Positions 49,811-62,137 of a DNA stretch of 64,000 bases are shown piece by piece (position 1 is the first letter of the stretch; each line of letters starts with the position of its first letter). Source of the DNA: Leucoraja ocellata (Eukaryota); NCBI GenBank assembly GCA_036785375.1, contig JAWMAR010000116.1, forward strand, positions 2,914,001 through 2,978,000, in the 5' to 3' direction. A program made the translations under genes and the position numbers. A model generated the notes under the pieces. It was not told the origin of the DNA. It did not search any database and worked only from the letters and a program-made list of their open reading frames with translations.

Positions 49811-52800
49811 TAGAACATAGAACAGTACAGCACATGAACAGGCCTCTTGCTCACAATGTCTGGGCCATGATTCCAAGACAAACTCTTCTTGTCTGCAGAC
49901 AATCCATATCCTTCCATTCCTTGTATATCCGTGTGCCTATCCAAAAGCTTAAATGCCACTATCTACCTCCACTGCCACTCCCGAGAGCGCGTTCCAAGTT
50001 TTCACCACCCTCTGTGTAAAAAAAAAATACAACTAATGGATCTTACACTACTTGTACCAACATTGCCAAAACAGACTATCTGGTCATTCTAATATTGTTG
50101 CTTTTTGAGTGAAGTTATACTCCTGTAGTTTCATAGAGTCATACAGCGTGGAAACAGACCCAGTGGCCTAACATACCCACACTGGCCAACATGTCCCATC
50201 CACACTAGACCCACCTGCCTGCATTTGGCCCATATCCCTTTAAACCTATCCTATCCATGTATCTGTCTAAATGTTAATTAAACATTGCGATAATATCTGC
50301 CTCATCTACCTCCACTGGCAGCTCGTTCCATACACCCACCACCCTTTGTGTAAAGAAGTTACCCCCCAGTTTCCTATTAAATCTTTCCCCCCTCAACTTA
50401 AGCCTATGTCCTCTGGTTTACAATTCCTCTACTGTGGGCACCAGACTCTGTGCGTCTACCCGATCTATTCCTCTCATGATTTTGTACATCTCCATAAGAT
50501 CATCCCTCATCCTCCTGTGCTCCGAGGAATAAAGTCCAAGGTTGCTCAGCCTCTCATTATAGTTCAGCCCCTCAAATAATATGTCCTCTGCACCCTTTCC
50601 AGCTTAACTGAATAGTGACTATATATGTCAGAGCACAGAAACTGGTCTTTCAGCCCACAATGTTTGCACCGAACATGATGCCAAGATAAACTGATCTCAT
50701 TGGCCTGTACATGATCCATTTTCCTCTGTTCCTTGTGCCTATCTAAAAGCCTCTTAAACTGCACTATCGTATCTGCCTCCACCACCACCACACCTGACAA
50801 TGCGTTCCAGCCCCCCACCACTCTCTGTAAGATACTTGCCCCACACATCTCCATATTCCCTTCTCATCTTATGGCAATATCCTCTAGTGGAGGACATTTC
50901 CAACCGAGGAAAAATGGTTCTGACTCTCTACCCTATCTATGCCTCTCATTATTTTATATGCTTCAAAAAAGTCTCCCCTCAACCTCCAATGTTCCAGAGA
51001 AAACAATCCAAGTTTATCTAACCTCTCCTTGTAGCTGAAACCTGCTAACCCAGGCAGCATTCTGATAAGCCTCCTCTGCACCCTCTCCAATCATTCCTGG
51101 AATAGGGTGACCAGAACTACACGCAATACTCCCAATACGACCTAACCAACGTCTTATAAAGCTGCACCATAACTTTCTGCCTGATACTCAATGTCCTCAG
51201 CAATAAAGACAAGCATACCCAACGCCTTCTTTACCTCTCAATTTACTTGTGCTTCCACCTCCAGTGAGCTATGAACTTGACTCCGAGATCCCTCTGCACA
51301 TCAATGCTGTTAGAGGTCTTGTCATTACCTGCATACTCTCACCTTACGTTCAACTTCCCAAAGTGCAAAAACTCACACTTGCTCAGATTAAACTCCATCT
51401 GCCATTTCTCCACCCATTTCTGCAGCTGATCTACCTCAATGTATCTTCTGGCAGTCTCCCTCACAGTCTGCAACTCCTCCAATTTTGGTGCCTTCAGCAG
51501 ACTCTCTCACCAACCCATCTACATTTACATCCAAGTCATTAAGATATAACACAAACAACAGGGATCCCAGCAGAGATCCCTGTGGAACTCCACTGGTCAC
51601 TGACCTCCAGCCACAATATCTTCCTTCCACCACAACACTCTTTCTTCTATGAACAAGCCAGTTCTGAATCTATCGACCAAGCCACCATTAGTCCCATGAA
51701 GCTTAATCTTCTGCATCAGCCTACAATGAGGGATCTTGTCAAAACCCTTAATAGAATCCATGCATACAACATCCACCACCCTACCTTCATCATTCTCCTT
51801 TGTCACCTTTTCAAAAGCTCAATCAAGTTAGTAAGACACGACCTGCCACATCCAAAGTGGTGCTGGCTATCTCTGGCCCATTCTCTTCCAAATGGGAGTA
51901 AATATTCTCTTGAAGAATTCTCTCCAATAGTTTCTCCACGACTGACATGAGGCTCACCAGCCTATAGTTCCCTGAATTCTCGCAACTTCTCTTAAACAAA
52001 GGAACAACATTGGCCACTCTCCAGTCCTCCGAAACCTCGCCTGTGGCTTGAGAAGACACGAAGACCCTTGACAAGACCCCCACAATATTCTCTCTTGTCT
52101 CCCTCAATAATCTGGGGAAGATCTGATCAGGCCCTGGGGTCTTATCCCGGCAGTCTGTTCGTTTTTTCATTCTTTTTGTTATTTTTTAGTGTGTAAAAAT
52201 TTGTTTTAATGTTCTTCAGTTTGTTTTATGTGTGGGAAGGGGATCAGGGGAAACTTTTTTTCAAGTTCTTATCTTGCCGGAGATGTGATTAATTTTCGGA
52301 TCACATTCTCCGCGCGCCCTGCGGCCTTCCATCGATGGAGCTGGAACTGCTCGGACTGACTTTGAGCCATATCGCGGGGTGCGGACTTAACATCGGAGCT
52401 GATCCCTTGGCCTGGGATCGCTCCCACCGCGGCCACCACGGACTTTACCATCAAGCTCATAGTCGGGAGAGGCTAGTCAGGAAGTTCCAACATCGCAGAA
52501 GGTTCAACCAGCCCTGACTCGAGGTTCGGTCGCCCGGTGCGGGGGAGCTGACATCCCCCCCATGCAGGAGCTGATCGCCTCGACGCGGAGGGCCCGAAAG
52601 CTGCCGGCTACGGGAGTCAAGAACGTCCCGTCAACGGAGGCTCGAGGCCCACGACCGAGGAAGATCTAAAGGAAGGGCTTGAACTTTATTTCGCCTTCCA
52701 TCACAGTGAGGAATGTGTAGGAGTCACTGTGGCGGATGTTCATGTTAAAATGTGTTTTTGAGTGATCTGTTGCTTTTAATTGTATGACTGACTTGACCAT

Positions 52801-53000
52801 TGAAATTCCTTGTATGTTGCAAAACATACTTGGCAAATAAAGTCTGATTCTGATTCTGATTCTGATTAATGCTCTTCAAGAGCCTCAGCACTACCACCTT
52901 CTTGATCCAAATCGCCCTGGCGTAGTTGTACTATCCACACTGATCTCGCTGTCCTCCAAGTTCTTCCCCTCTGTGAATGCAGATGCAAAGTGCTCATTTA
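49811..53000 (-). mobile_element. Stacked old CR1 LINE fragments (49811-50020, 50135-50615, 50625-52145, 52868-53000)
   Basis: Frameshifted RT pieces PGPDQIFPRLL, VTSGVPQGSLLG, ERVQRRLIRMLPG. Confidence 0.88.
52150..52867 (+). mobile_element. Family Y GC-rich retroposon inserted in CR1
   Basis: Homologous to 37219-37970; (CTGATT)n tail. Confidence 0.8.
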
Positions 53001-54536
53001 GCTAAATCCTGCAATTGGGTTTGAAGATTGTATTGTATTGTATTCAAATGTATTGTCATTGTCTCAATTAGAGACAACAAAATGAATTTCCCTTTACAGT
53101 CAGTATCATAAAAATAAATAAATAATAAATATTAAAACATATTAAAAAAAAAAAAAATAGAAATTTAAAAAAAAAGCACAAACACAGAAAGTCCACGACA
53201 CAACACAACACAGTGGCACCAAGATGAGGAAGGCACCATTGTCCAGCCAGCCTCCCCTCCGATCTTCCCAGATGTTCATCCGTGGTCGGGGATTCACGGT
53301 CGGGGTTGCCGATTCAGTTCTCCCAACATTAGCAGGTGGACCCTCCAAATGACGAGAAAAACCACAGTAAGATAGAATGCTCCTTGTTCTATGACAGTCG
53401 CAAGGTAACCATTGCATTTTAGTTTGAGTCAAGGATAAAATTGGGTGTTAGATGAATAGCAGCATCAATATGTCCATGTATGGTCACAGTCTGATGTAAT
53501 TTCGTGTTTAATGATATTTCACCCTGCAATGATCGCTAAAAAGACAATTTGCTGCAGGTAAACACGATTTTTGTGCAATTCACACCTAAAGGTTGGACAC
53601 TAATTGATTGAGGGTCTTGGCTCTTATTTGTAAAGCAAGTCCAATGCCATTAAACCATTGCAAAGTTGCGTGGAAAGTACAAATCTCCTAAAAATAGAAC
53701 CCGATGAAGCAAAAGAGGAAGTCCTGATAAGTATTTTCCTTTTTCTCTGCATGCTTCAGCCTCCAATTGCTGACATTTTCCAGTTTAATTAAATAACATC
53801 ATAAAATTCCTACCTAGCAGGAGCTCTTTCACAAATGCACGTGACCGTGCTCAGCAGAGACATTTTCTGTTTGCCCTTTCGTTTTATTGGGTTCGTAACT
53901 GCGTCCGTTTTTCTGACTTTCTGGGACCATGTTCGAGCAAATGGTCTTGCAGTTGGTGTCCATCCAGCCTCTTGAGGGAACTCAAGGACATTTGCTCCAA
54001 TCTTGGGTCCTTGGCCACATGAATCAACGTAAATGCGGAAAAGACATGCAAAATAGGAATATCATTATTTAGGATTTACTCATCAGACTCTCTGGCTCCA
54101 GCACAAGCAAAACAGTAGCAAATCATTGGTACATTCATTGATGTGGCAATAAAGCTGCTGCTAGTTAGAGCATTTATTCCTTTTTTAGAAGTCTTTTTAT
54201 AGGGAATTTTTATCGCCCATGATGTCTGGTATGAAGAGAATCTGCTTAAATGCTGGCAATATTGTTCTATTTATCAGCAACTCATCTAAAAGGATCCAGG
54301 CCTCCATTCCTGTCAGCATTTACATGGAAATGCACATGACTTTACCCAGTGCCAATGCTTGACATGAGTCTAAGAGAGTGAGCAATGCAGTTAGCCTGTG
54401 ACACGAGGCAAAGGCACCATTGTATTTTGTTCAAGATTATTTTACTTTTGGTTTCTGCACAGACTTTTCAAAGGACAGATAATGCTAGACATAAAAATAG
54501 GGCCTCAAGCATAAAATTTCAGCTCCTTGCAATATT

Positions 54537-54797
54537 GGACTGAGATGAGGAAAAACGTTTTCACCCAGAGAGTTGTGAATCTGTGGAATTCTCTGCAACA
54601 GAAGGCAGTGGAGGCCAATTCACTGGATGTTTTCAAGAGGGAGTCAAATATAACTCTTAGGGCTAAGGGAATCAAAGTGTATGGGGAAAAAGCAGGGACG
54701 GGATATTGATTTTGGATGATCAGCCATGATCATATTGAATGACTCGAAGGGCCGAATACCCTACACCTGCACCTATTTTCTAAGGTCTATGTTTCTA
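54537..54797 (+). mobile_element. CR1 3' fragment
   Basis: EMRKNVFTQRVVNLWNSL..GEKAGTGY. Confidence 0.88.
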
Positions 54798-55357
54798 ATA
54801 TTCCCATGAATTGGCCTGAGACCACTCTTTATAGAATTTATCCTGCTTAAAATAAAACATTATGGTGTTTTCTTTCTATTTTGTTTGTTTCAGTGTTGTT
54901 CAACAGTTGCATCAATTGAACTTTGGACATTGTAAATAACAATATGCATATGAGATTTCCTAACTAGTTATACTTGCAGAGTATGTTCATCCATCGATTT
55001 CCCTTTATTTATTTAAATACTAGCCAGAAGAATTTTAGACCAACATCAAATGATACCATTTTAACCCACAAAGTTAATCATTGTAAAAAAACACAGCACT
55101 TCCTACTCCAATCCCTGCAACTTCCCTCGCAAGCCCTTCTTCTCAGTATTAACAACATATGCTTCATGTCCAGGAAAAAGGCTGTGTGTGGAGGACATTT
55201 GTCCTCACTCTGAGTCAATAACGTTCCTTGGAAAACCAACAACTTGTGTAATAATGGAATGTTACAACTTACAAAATCAGATGTGCGTCAAGAGAAAATA
55301 ATGTAAATAATTTTTCATCTAGCATTAGGACATTTCCTAATCTGATTTTGTCAAATA

Positions 55358-56831
55358 CCTGAGGATTGGCGGGTAGCAAACGTAACCCCACTTTTTAAGA
55401 AGGGAGGGAGAGAGAAAACGGGGAATTACAGACCAGTTAGTCTAACATCGGTAGTGGGGAAACTGCTAGTCAGTTATTAAAGATGGATAGCAGCACATTT
55501 GGAAAGTGGTGAAATCATTGGACAAAGTCAGCATGGATTTACGAAAGGTAAATCATGTCTGACGAATCTTATAGAATTTTTCGAGGATGTAACTAGTAGC
55601 GTGGATAGGGCAGAACCAGTGGACGTGGTGTATCTGGACTTCCAGAAAGCTTTCGACAAGGTCCCACATAAGAGATTAGTATGCAAACTTAAAGCACACA
55701 GCATTGGGGGTTCAGTATTGATGTGGATAGAGAACTGGCTGGCAAACAGGAAGCAAAGAGTGGGAGTAAACGGGTCCTTTTCACCATGGCAGGCAGTGAC
55801 TAGTGGGGTACCGCAAGGCTCAGTGCTGGGACCCCAGCTATTTACAATATATATTAATGATCTGGATGAGGGAATTGAAGGCAATATCTCCAAGTTTGCG
55901 GATGACACTAAGCTGGGGGGCAGTGTTAGCCGTGAGGAGGATGCTAGGAGACTGCAAGGTGACTTGGATAGGCTGGGTGAGTGGGCAAATGTTTGGCAGA
56001 TGCAGTATAATGTGGATAAATGTGAGGTTATCCATTTTGGTGGCAAAAACAGGAAAGCAGACTATTATCTAAATGGTGGCCGACTAGGAAAAGGGGAGCT
56101 GCAGCGAGACCTGGGTGTCATGGTACACCAGTCATTGAAAGTAGGCATGCAGGTGCAGCAGGCAGTGAAGAAAGCGAATGGTATGTTAGCTTTCATAGCA
56201 AAAGGATTTGAGTATAGGAGCAGGGAGGTTCTACTGCAGTTGTACAGGGTCTTGGTGAGACCACACCTGGAGTATTGCGTACAGTTTTGGTCTCCAAATC
56301 TGAGGAAGGACATTATTGCCATAGAGGGAGTGCAGAGAAGGTTCACCAGACTAATTCCTGGGATGTCAGGACTGTCTTATGAAGAAAGACTGGATAGACT
56401 TTGTTTATACTCTCTAGAATTTAGGAGATTGAGAGGTGATCTTATAGAAACTTACAAAATTCTTAAGGGGTTGGACAGGCTAGATGCAGGAAGATTGCTC
56501 CCGATGTTGGGGAAGTCCAGGACAAGGTGTCACAGCTTAAGGATAAGGGGGAAATCCTTTAAAATTGAGATGAGAAGAACTTTTTTCACACAGAGAGTGG
56601 TGAATCTCTGGAACTCTCTGCCACAGAGGGTAGTCGAGGCCAGTTCATTGGCTATATTTAAGAGGGAGTTAGATGTGGCCCTTGTGGCTAAGGGGATCAG
56701 AGGGTATGGAGAGAAGGCAGGTACAGGATACTGAGTTGGATGAACAGCCATGATCATATTGAATGGTGGTGCAGGCTCGAAGGGCCGAATGGCCTACTCC
56801 TGCACCTAATTTCTATGTTTCTATGTTTCTA
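55358..56831 (+). mobile_element. Young 5'-truncated CR1 (HER1-like) LINE
   Basis: RT ORF, 3' UTR hairpin GGCCGAATGGCC, (TTTCTATG)n tail; possible TSD ATCTGATTT (55340-55348 / 56831-56839). Confidence 0.93.
55499..56734 (+). CDS. CR1 ORF2 reverse-transcriptase C-terminal portion, 411 aa, truncated
   Basis: QHGFTKGKSCLTNL, YLDFQKAFDKV, GVPQGSVLGP, KFADD motifs. Confidence 0.9.
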   Translation: MESGEIIGQSQHGFTKGKSCLTNLIEFFEDVTSSVDRAEPVDVVYLDFQKAFDKVPHKRLVCKLKAHSIGGSVLMWIENWLANRKQRVGVNGSFSPWQAVTSGVPQGSVLGPQLFTIYINDLDEGIEGNISKFADDTKLGGSVSREEDARRLQGDLDRLGEWANVWQMQYNVDKCEVIHFGGKNRKADYYLNGGRLGKGELQRDLGVMVHQSLKVGMQVQQAVKKANGMLAFIAKGFEYRSREVLLQLYRVLVRPHLEYCVQFWSPNLRKDIIAIEGVQRRFTRLIPGMSGLSYEERLDRLCLYSLEFRRLRGDLIETYKILKGLDRLDAGRLLPMLGKSRTRCHSLRIRGKSFKIEMRRTFFTQRVVNLWNSLPQRVVEASSLAIFKRELDVALVAKGIRGYGEKAGTGY

Positions 56832-56944
56832 TCTGATTTAGAGTTAAATATAACTTTAATGATGAAAGTCAACCTAGCTTTTGGAAGATTTATTGGGACC
56901 ATTAACATAATTTACTAAAATATAGCAGTTAAATAAGAACACAA

Positions 56945-57880
56945 ACAGAAGAGGATAGGAGCAAGAGGAACCTATGAGACACTTAAAAACTGCCCCACAA
57001 TTTAACATGATCATGGCTGATCTATGTTGGCCTCAACTCCTCTTCTGTGCGACTTCTCTAAACTTCTCTATTCCTTAACCTATTTATCCGCCTTTTACAG
57101 CTCCCACCACTACCCTGGGTAGAGAATTCCAGAGATACATCATTCTTTGCGTGCAGAAATGTTTACATGCCTCAATTGTAAATGAGCGACCCCTTAGTTA
57201 TGTCTTATTATTCCAGACTCTTGCACCAGTGAAACATCACATTGTCTGTCCTGTCAAGTCCCTTTAGGACCGTATATATTTGAAAAAGGTCATCCCTCGT
57301 TCTTCTAAAATAGGATAACAGAATCAAACTATTTTGTATCTCCTAGTAGGACAAACCTCTCATCCCTGGAATTGGCCTGACCAATCTCCTTTGGACTACC
57401 TCCAATATAACGATATTTTTTTTTTAGGGTATGGGATTAAAACTATATATGGTATTCCAGATGAGGCCTGACCACCATTGTAACAAAACCTCCCTATTTT
57501 TAAATTCCAGTGCCCTTCCTTGTGTTGGAAGTCCAAAAGTTGTCTTTCCTTCTGCCTGCCAGCCAGCTTTTTGTGATTCAAGCATTAAAATACATGGATC
57601 CCTCTGTTGTTCACTCAGTCTCTCTCCACTTGGATAATAATCAGCCTTCTGATTTATTTAATTGGAGTGCCTGGCTTCACAATTCCCCACTTTAAATGCC
57701 ATTTGGCAGTCTTTTGGCCACTCACTCAATCTATCTATATATAATCACAAAATATGGAATTCTCTCTCGTGGAAGGCAATGGATGCAAGATCATATGTTA
57801 AATTGAAACCTGAGATCAATAGGCATTTGCTAGATGAGAGTATTAAAAGAGATTGAGCCAAGGCAGAAGAGTGGAATTAA
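56945..57880 (-). mobile_element. Old CR1 fragments
   Basis: ATGATCATGGCTGATC tail and degenerate RT homology. Confidence 0.65.
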
Positions 57881-58374
57881 ATGGCCAAATGTGACTTTAG
57901 TGTAAAACAGATCAGACTCACGTGACTGAATGGTTGCCAATCCATTGTTAGCGGAAATCACAAGGACATTGCCTAAATTTTCTCTTTAATTCGCTTCTTT
58001 TTTTATAACAAATCAAATATTTGTAGGTAATGATAAATGACAGATGAATTTCAGTTTCATTTTTACCAGATTTGCAGTGGCTCTAAAGGACTTTGACATA
58101 AGAAATTGACCAGAAAGTTTTCAAATATGTCCTCCCAGTTTCAGCGCAAAGCTTAATCTCTCCAGTGTAATTGGAAATATTTACGTTCCTCATTGCTCTC
58201 CTGTTGTACTGCCATAACCTTCCAAGAGGATCTTCTCAGTGCATGGTTGCAACATACTAAAAGGATAGAAATTAACTTTAAACCCTTTCCGCTGTGTTTT
58301 CACCAACTTCCAACCAAGGTTGAAAGAAGTCCCATAGAAATTCTCCTCAATTTCCTGAGAGAATATTTGGGACA

Positions 58375-58492
58375 ACAAAGACAGTAGACAATAGACAATA
58401 GACAAATAGGCAATAGTCAATAGATGCAGGAGTAGGCCATTCAGCCCTTCGAGCCAGCACCGCCATTCAATGTGATCATGGCTGATCATCCA
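58375..58492 (-). mobile_element. CR1 3' tail with (AGACAAT)n
   Basis: GGAGTAGGCCATTCAGCCC..GATCATGGCTGATCATCC. Confidence 0.85.
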
Positions 58493-58581
58493 CATGGATA
58501 CACGTGGAAAGCATACAAGTACATTCATTTTTCTGGCATTCATTTTCAAATGACAATGATATGTGGCATTATATTTTAGAA

Positions 58582-58709
58582 TGCTGAAGAAGGGTCTCGA
58601 CACGAAACGTCGCCCATTCCTTCTCTCCAGAGATGCTGCCTGTCCCGCTGAGTTACTCCAGCTTTTTGTATCTATCTTTGGTTTAAACCAGCATCTGCAG
58701 TTCCTTCTT
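58582..58709 (+). mobile_element. Short PLE-derived hammerhead element
   Basis: CTGAAGAAGGGTCTCGACACGAAACGTC at 58584; body near-identical to 2860-2960. Confidence 0.85.
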
Positions 58710-58784
58710 ATAATTATAATTTATAAGGTTGCTTAAGAAACAAATCCAGGTATTAAAATATGTCTTTGGATTTAATACCTTTTG

Positions 58785-58930
58785 AATTGAATTGAATTGA
58801 ATTGAATTGAATCCTTTATTTGTCATTCAGACCTTTCGGTCTGAACGAAATGTCGTTGCCTGCCGCCATACATGTAATAATAAACAACACACAATAAACA
58901 CAAATTAACATCCACCACAGTGAGTTCACC
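58785..58930 (-). mobile_element. Family-Y-related 3' fragment with (AATTG)n tail
   Basis: ACATCCACCACAGTGA shared with 37345. Confidence 0.6.
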
Positions 58931-59326
58931 AATCTCCCCAATCTCCTTTTGGAAGGAATAGAACTGCAATTTGCAAATCCAAAGGTTTTGTGTGTAATTA
59001 TGTAATAAATATATATTATTCTCCAAATAGCAATTTGGAATATTTGCTTTACCATTGGAAAGAGAGGTTGTTGTGATTAAGTTGCCTTACTTTAGATAAC
59101 ATCCTCAAGTATGTAGCCAGAAGTTGTACTATAAATGATGCTGTGGGTAGATGAAAAATAACTCTCAACCATCAACCTCTGCTTCCATCCATGAAGACAA
59201 TTCTCTATACAGTCAACTAGCTCTCTCTATATCCCATGTGAACTAACCTGCAAGAGAAGCCTACCATACAGAACCTTATTGAATGCCTTGCTAAAGTCCA
59301 TAGAGCCAACTTCAATGGTTTTGTGA

Positions 59327-59742
59327 TTAGTTTAGTTTAGCTTAGAGATACAGCACCGAAACAGGGCCTTTGGGCCACCAAATCCGCGCCGACCAACGAG
59401 CCCCATACACTAGCACTATCCTCTACACACACAAGGGACAATTTACAATTTTACCAAGCTAACTAATCTACAAACTTGCACATCTTTGCAGTGTGGGAGG
59501 AAACCGGAGCTCCCGGGAAAATCCATGCAGGTTACGGGGAGAACGTACAAACTCCAAAGTATTTGGAGCAAAAACTGCTGGAGAAACTCAGCGGGCGAGG
59601 CAGCATCTATGGAGAGAAGGATTTGGCGACGTTTCGGGTTGAGACCCTTCTTACAAACGCCATACAGACGGCATCCTTAGTCAGGGTCGAACCCAGGTCT
59701 TTGGGGCTGTAAGGCAACAACTCTATCGCTGTGCCACCATAC
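59327..59742 (-). mobile_element. SINE interrupted by a PLE-derived element (59557-59651)
   Basis: TSD TACAAACTCCA / TACAAACGCCA. Confidence 0.85.
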
Positions 59743-60769
59743 CAACCTTTTTGGTTACTGCTACAGTTCAATAGTTTTATATGCTACTGATAAGTCTTTG
59801 TTGATGAAATTACTGAGCTCAGTTATGTAATTGTCTGTTTATTACATTAAGCCTTGGATATTTCCCATTTTGACATGGCCTTTACAAATGCTTCATTTTT
59901 CTTCTTTCATGACATTAAAATAAATTCCCAAAAGATGTGCAAATTGTGGTGAAGCAACTTTCTCATGGATACATAACAGCTGTGGGCTAAACATGATAAT
60001 AGCGGAAGATTTCAGTTTGTTTGGAAAATGGAAACTACTTGCGTTACAACTGGAAGACCACTCAAAACCAGGATCAGTTATCTTCAACGGTTGTGCATCG
60101 AGCAGATGATGTGTTTAGCAGTGATATTTTTGCTCTGGTGTAATCTCATATAGTTGCAGGTTCAGTTTTGAATCTGTACTTTGGTCATGAAGTGACTGAC
60201 ATGGTATTCCTTGTTTAAGCTGCATGTTCATTTTACAAGTCACTATCAAGACTATGAACATCAGGACACATAAGGAAATGCAGGCACTGAAATCTTGAAT
60301 AAAACACAAAGTACTGGAGTAACACAACAGGACAAGCCGCATCTCTGGAGGACATGGATAGGCGCCGCTTTGGAATTGAGTTGATCTACTTAATCTTTTT
60401 TAGAAAATATTGTTCCAGAGTGATAGAAATTTGGGAAACAGAAGACAGATGGTCCTTCACACCCATGCAAGATAAGGTGACATCTCTGTGAATATCAAGT
60501 AAATGAATGAGGTATTCAAAGCAATGTTTGAATTCAGGTGGCAAATAAATTAAATTATGTTTATACAATCTTAAAAACGTTCCCATCTTTTTTGTTCGTA
60601 GCACAGGTACAGTGAATTCAAAATGACCCCAAAGCTGAATGAATCACCCTGTAATCTAAAAGCCGTGGCCTATGATCAGGACTGTGCGAAACACCGATAT
60701 AACTATTCCCTTCCCGGCTTGGATACAATGCGCTGAATAGCCCCTTCTGTTTTGTTCTATGAACCTATG

Positions 60770-61034
60770 GCGGCGGCACGGTGGCGTAGCGGTAGAGTTG
60801 CTGCCTTACAGAGCTTGCAGCGCCAGAGACCCGGGTTTGATCCTGACTACGAGTGCCCTCTGTATGGAATTTGTACATTCTCCCTGTGACCGCGTTGGTT
60901 TTCTCTGAGATCTTTGGTCTCCTATTATCCCTAGTGTGTGTAGGATAGTGTTAATGCGTGGGGATCACAGGTTGGAGCGGACAAGCTGGGCCGAATGGCC
61001 TGTTTCCGTGCTGTAATCCAAACAAAACTAAACT
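60770..61034 (+). mobile_element. HE1/V-SINE-like SINE, central deletion
   Basis: Family homology. Confidence 0.88.
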
Positions 61035-62137
61035 ATGAATGCTCTATAGTGGTAGAGAGTGTGAATCAGCTACAGTTATAAAGTGATTGGATTATGTTGG
61101 TATAGATTGCATTGCTCACTACCCCCAGATTTATCCGTCAACTGGAAATGCCCTCAACATGAATCCATGGGCAGCCCAATAGAGATTTCTCCGGAAGCAA
61201 TTACATACAGTGTGGACTTGCAAGAATACCGCTCCACAAACGATGAGTGCCCATTGACTGGAATACATTTCTCTCCTGATGCAACCTATAAAAGTTACAT
61301 CTAAAGGTGTCGTCTGAGTCTGTGGCATGGATAGAAGATGAATGGCAGGTATTTTATCAGTAAAAGTGAGGGAAGGGACCCAACATCCACTGGACAGTTG
61401 TCATGACACCTTGAACAGTTGCTGTCTATTCCTGGCAGCACAAATGGAACACCTCTCTCAATGCCAACTCTATCAAAATGAATCTACCATCTCATAATTG
61501 GAATAATAATCATATCCTATTCCCCTGTAGAGCAAAACATTCATAGAATCATAAGAAGTTACAGATTGAATGGGCTATTAAAGCCAATCACATCCATACC
61601 CGATAAAGAATCATTATTTCGGCATTTCCTAAATCGGAATCACCATGCACACCATGTAACGTATATTCCATGATGGGTTCATGAGATTTCAATGTACTGA
61701 GATCTCCATCACCCTGTTAATGCAGACCTTTACCACTTTGGTTAAACAAAGCTTTTCACAATTCCCATCCAATCTTTCTTTCCATTCCCTTATACCATCT
61801 TTTAATTATTGACCACCCAACCAAGGGAAACAGAGCAACCTTGAATTTAAATCAACATATCAAAACTGATTAAGAAAGACAGCTGTAATATGTTCACTGA
61901 ATACTCACCCTGATTCATTTAATACTCTCTCTAAACATCCATCTCACTTCCATTTTGCTCTCTTGTAGTTAAATCAACAGTGACATTGACATTCAAACTT
62001 TTTGCAGCTGAGCATTGCAGTATGAGAGGACACACAAATGCATTTTAGAGCGCTAATTGTTAACATGAGTAATGCATGGGGAATGTAAATAAATATTCCT
62101 TTATACAGGAAGGGGTGGCAATGGAGATGTATATTAG

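Noticed and set aside
55528-56046. 172-aa antisense ORF
   Set aside because: Shadow of the CR1 RT frame
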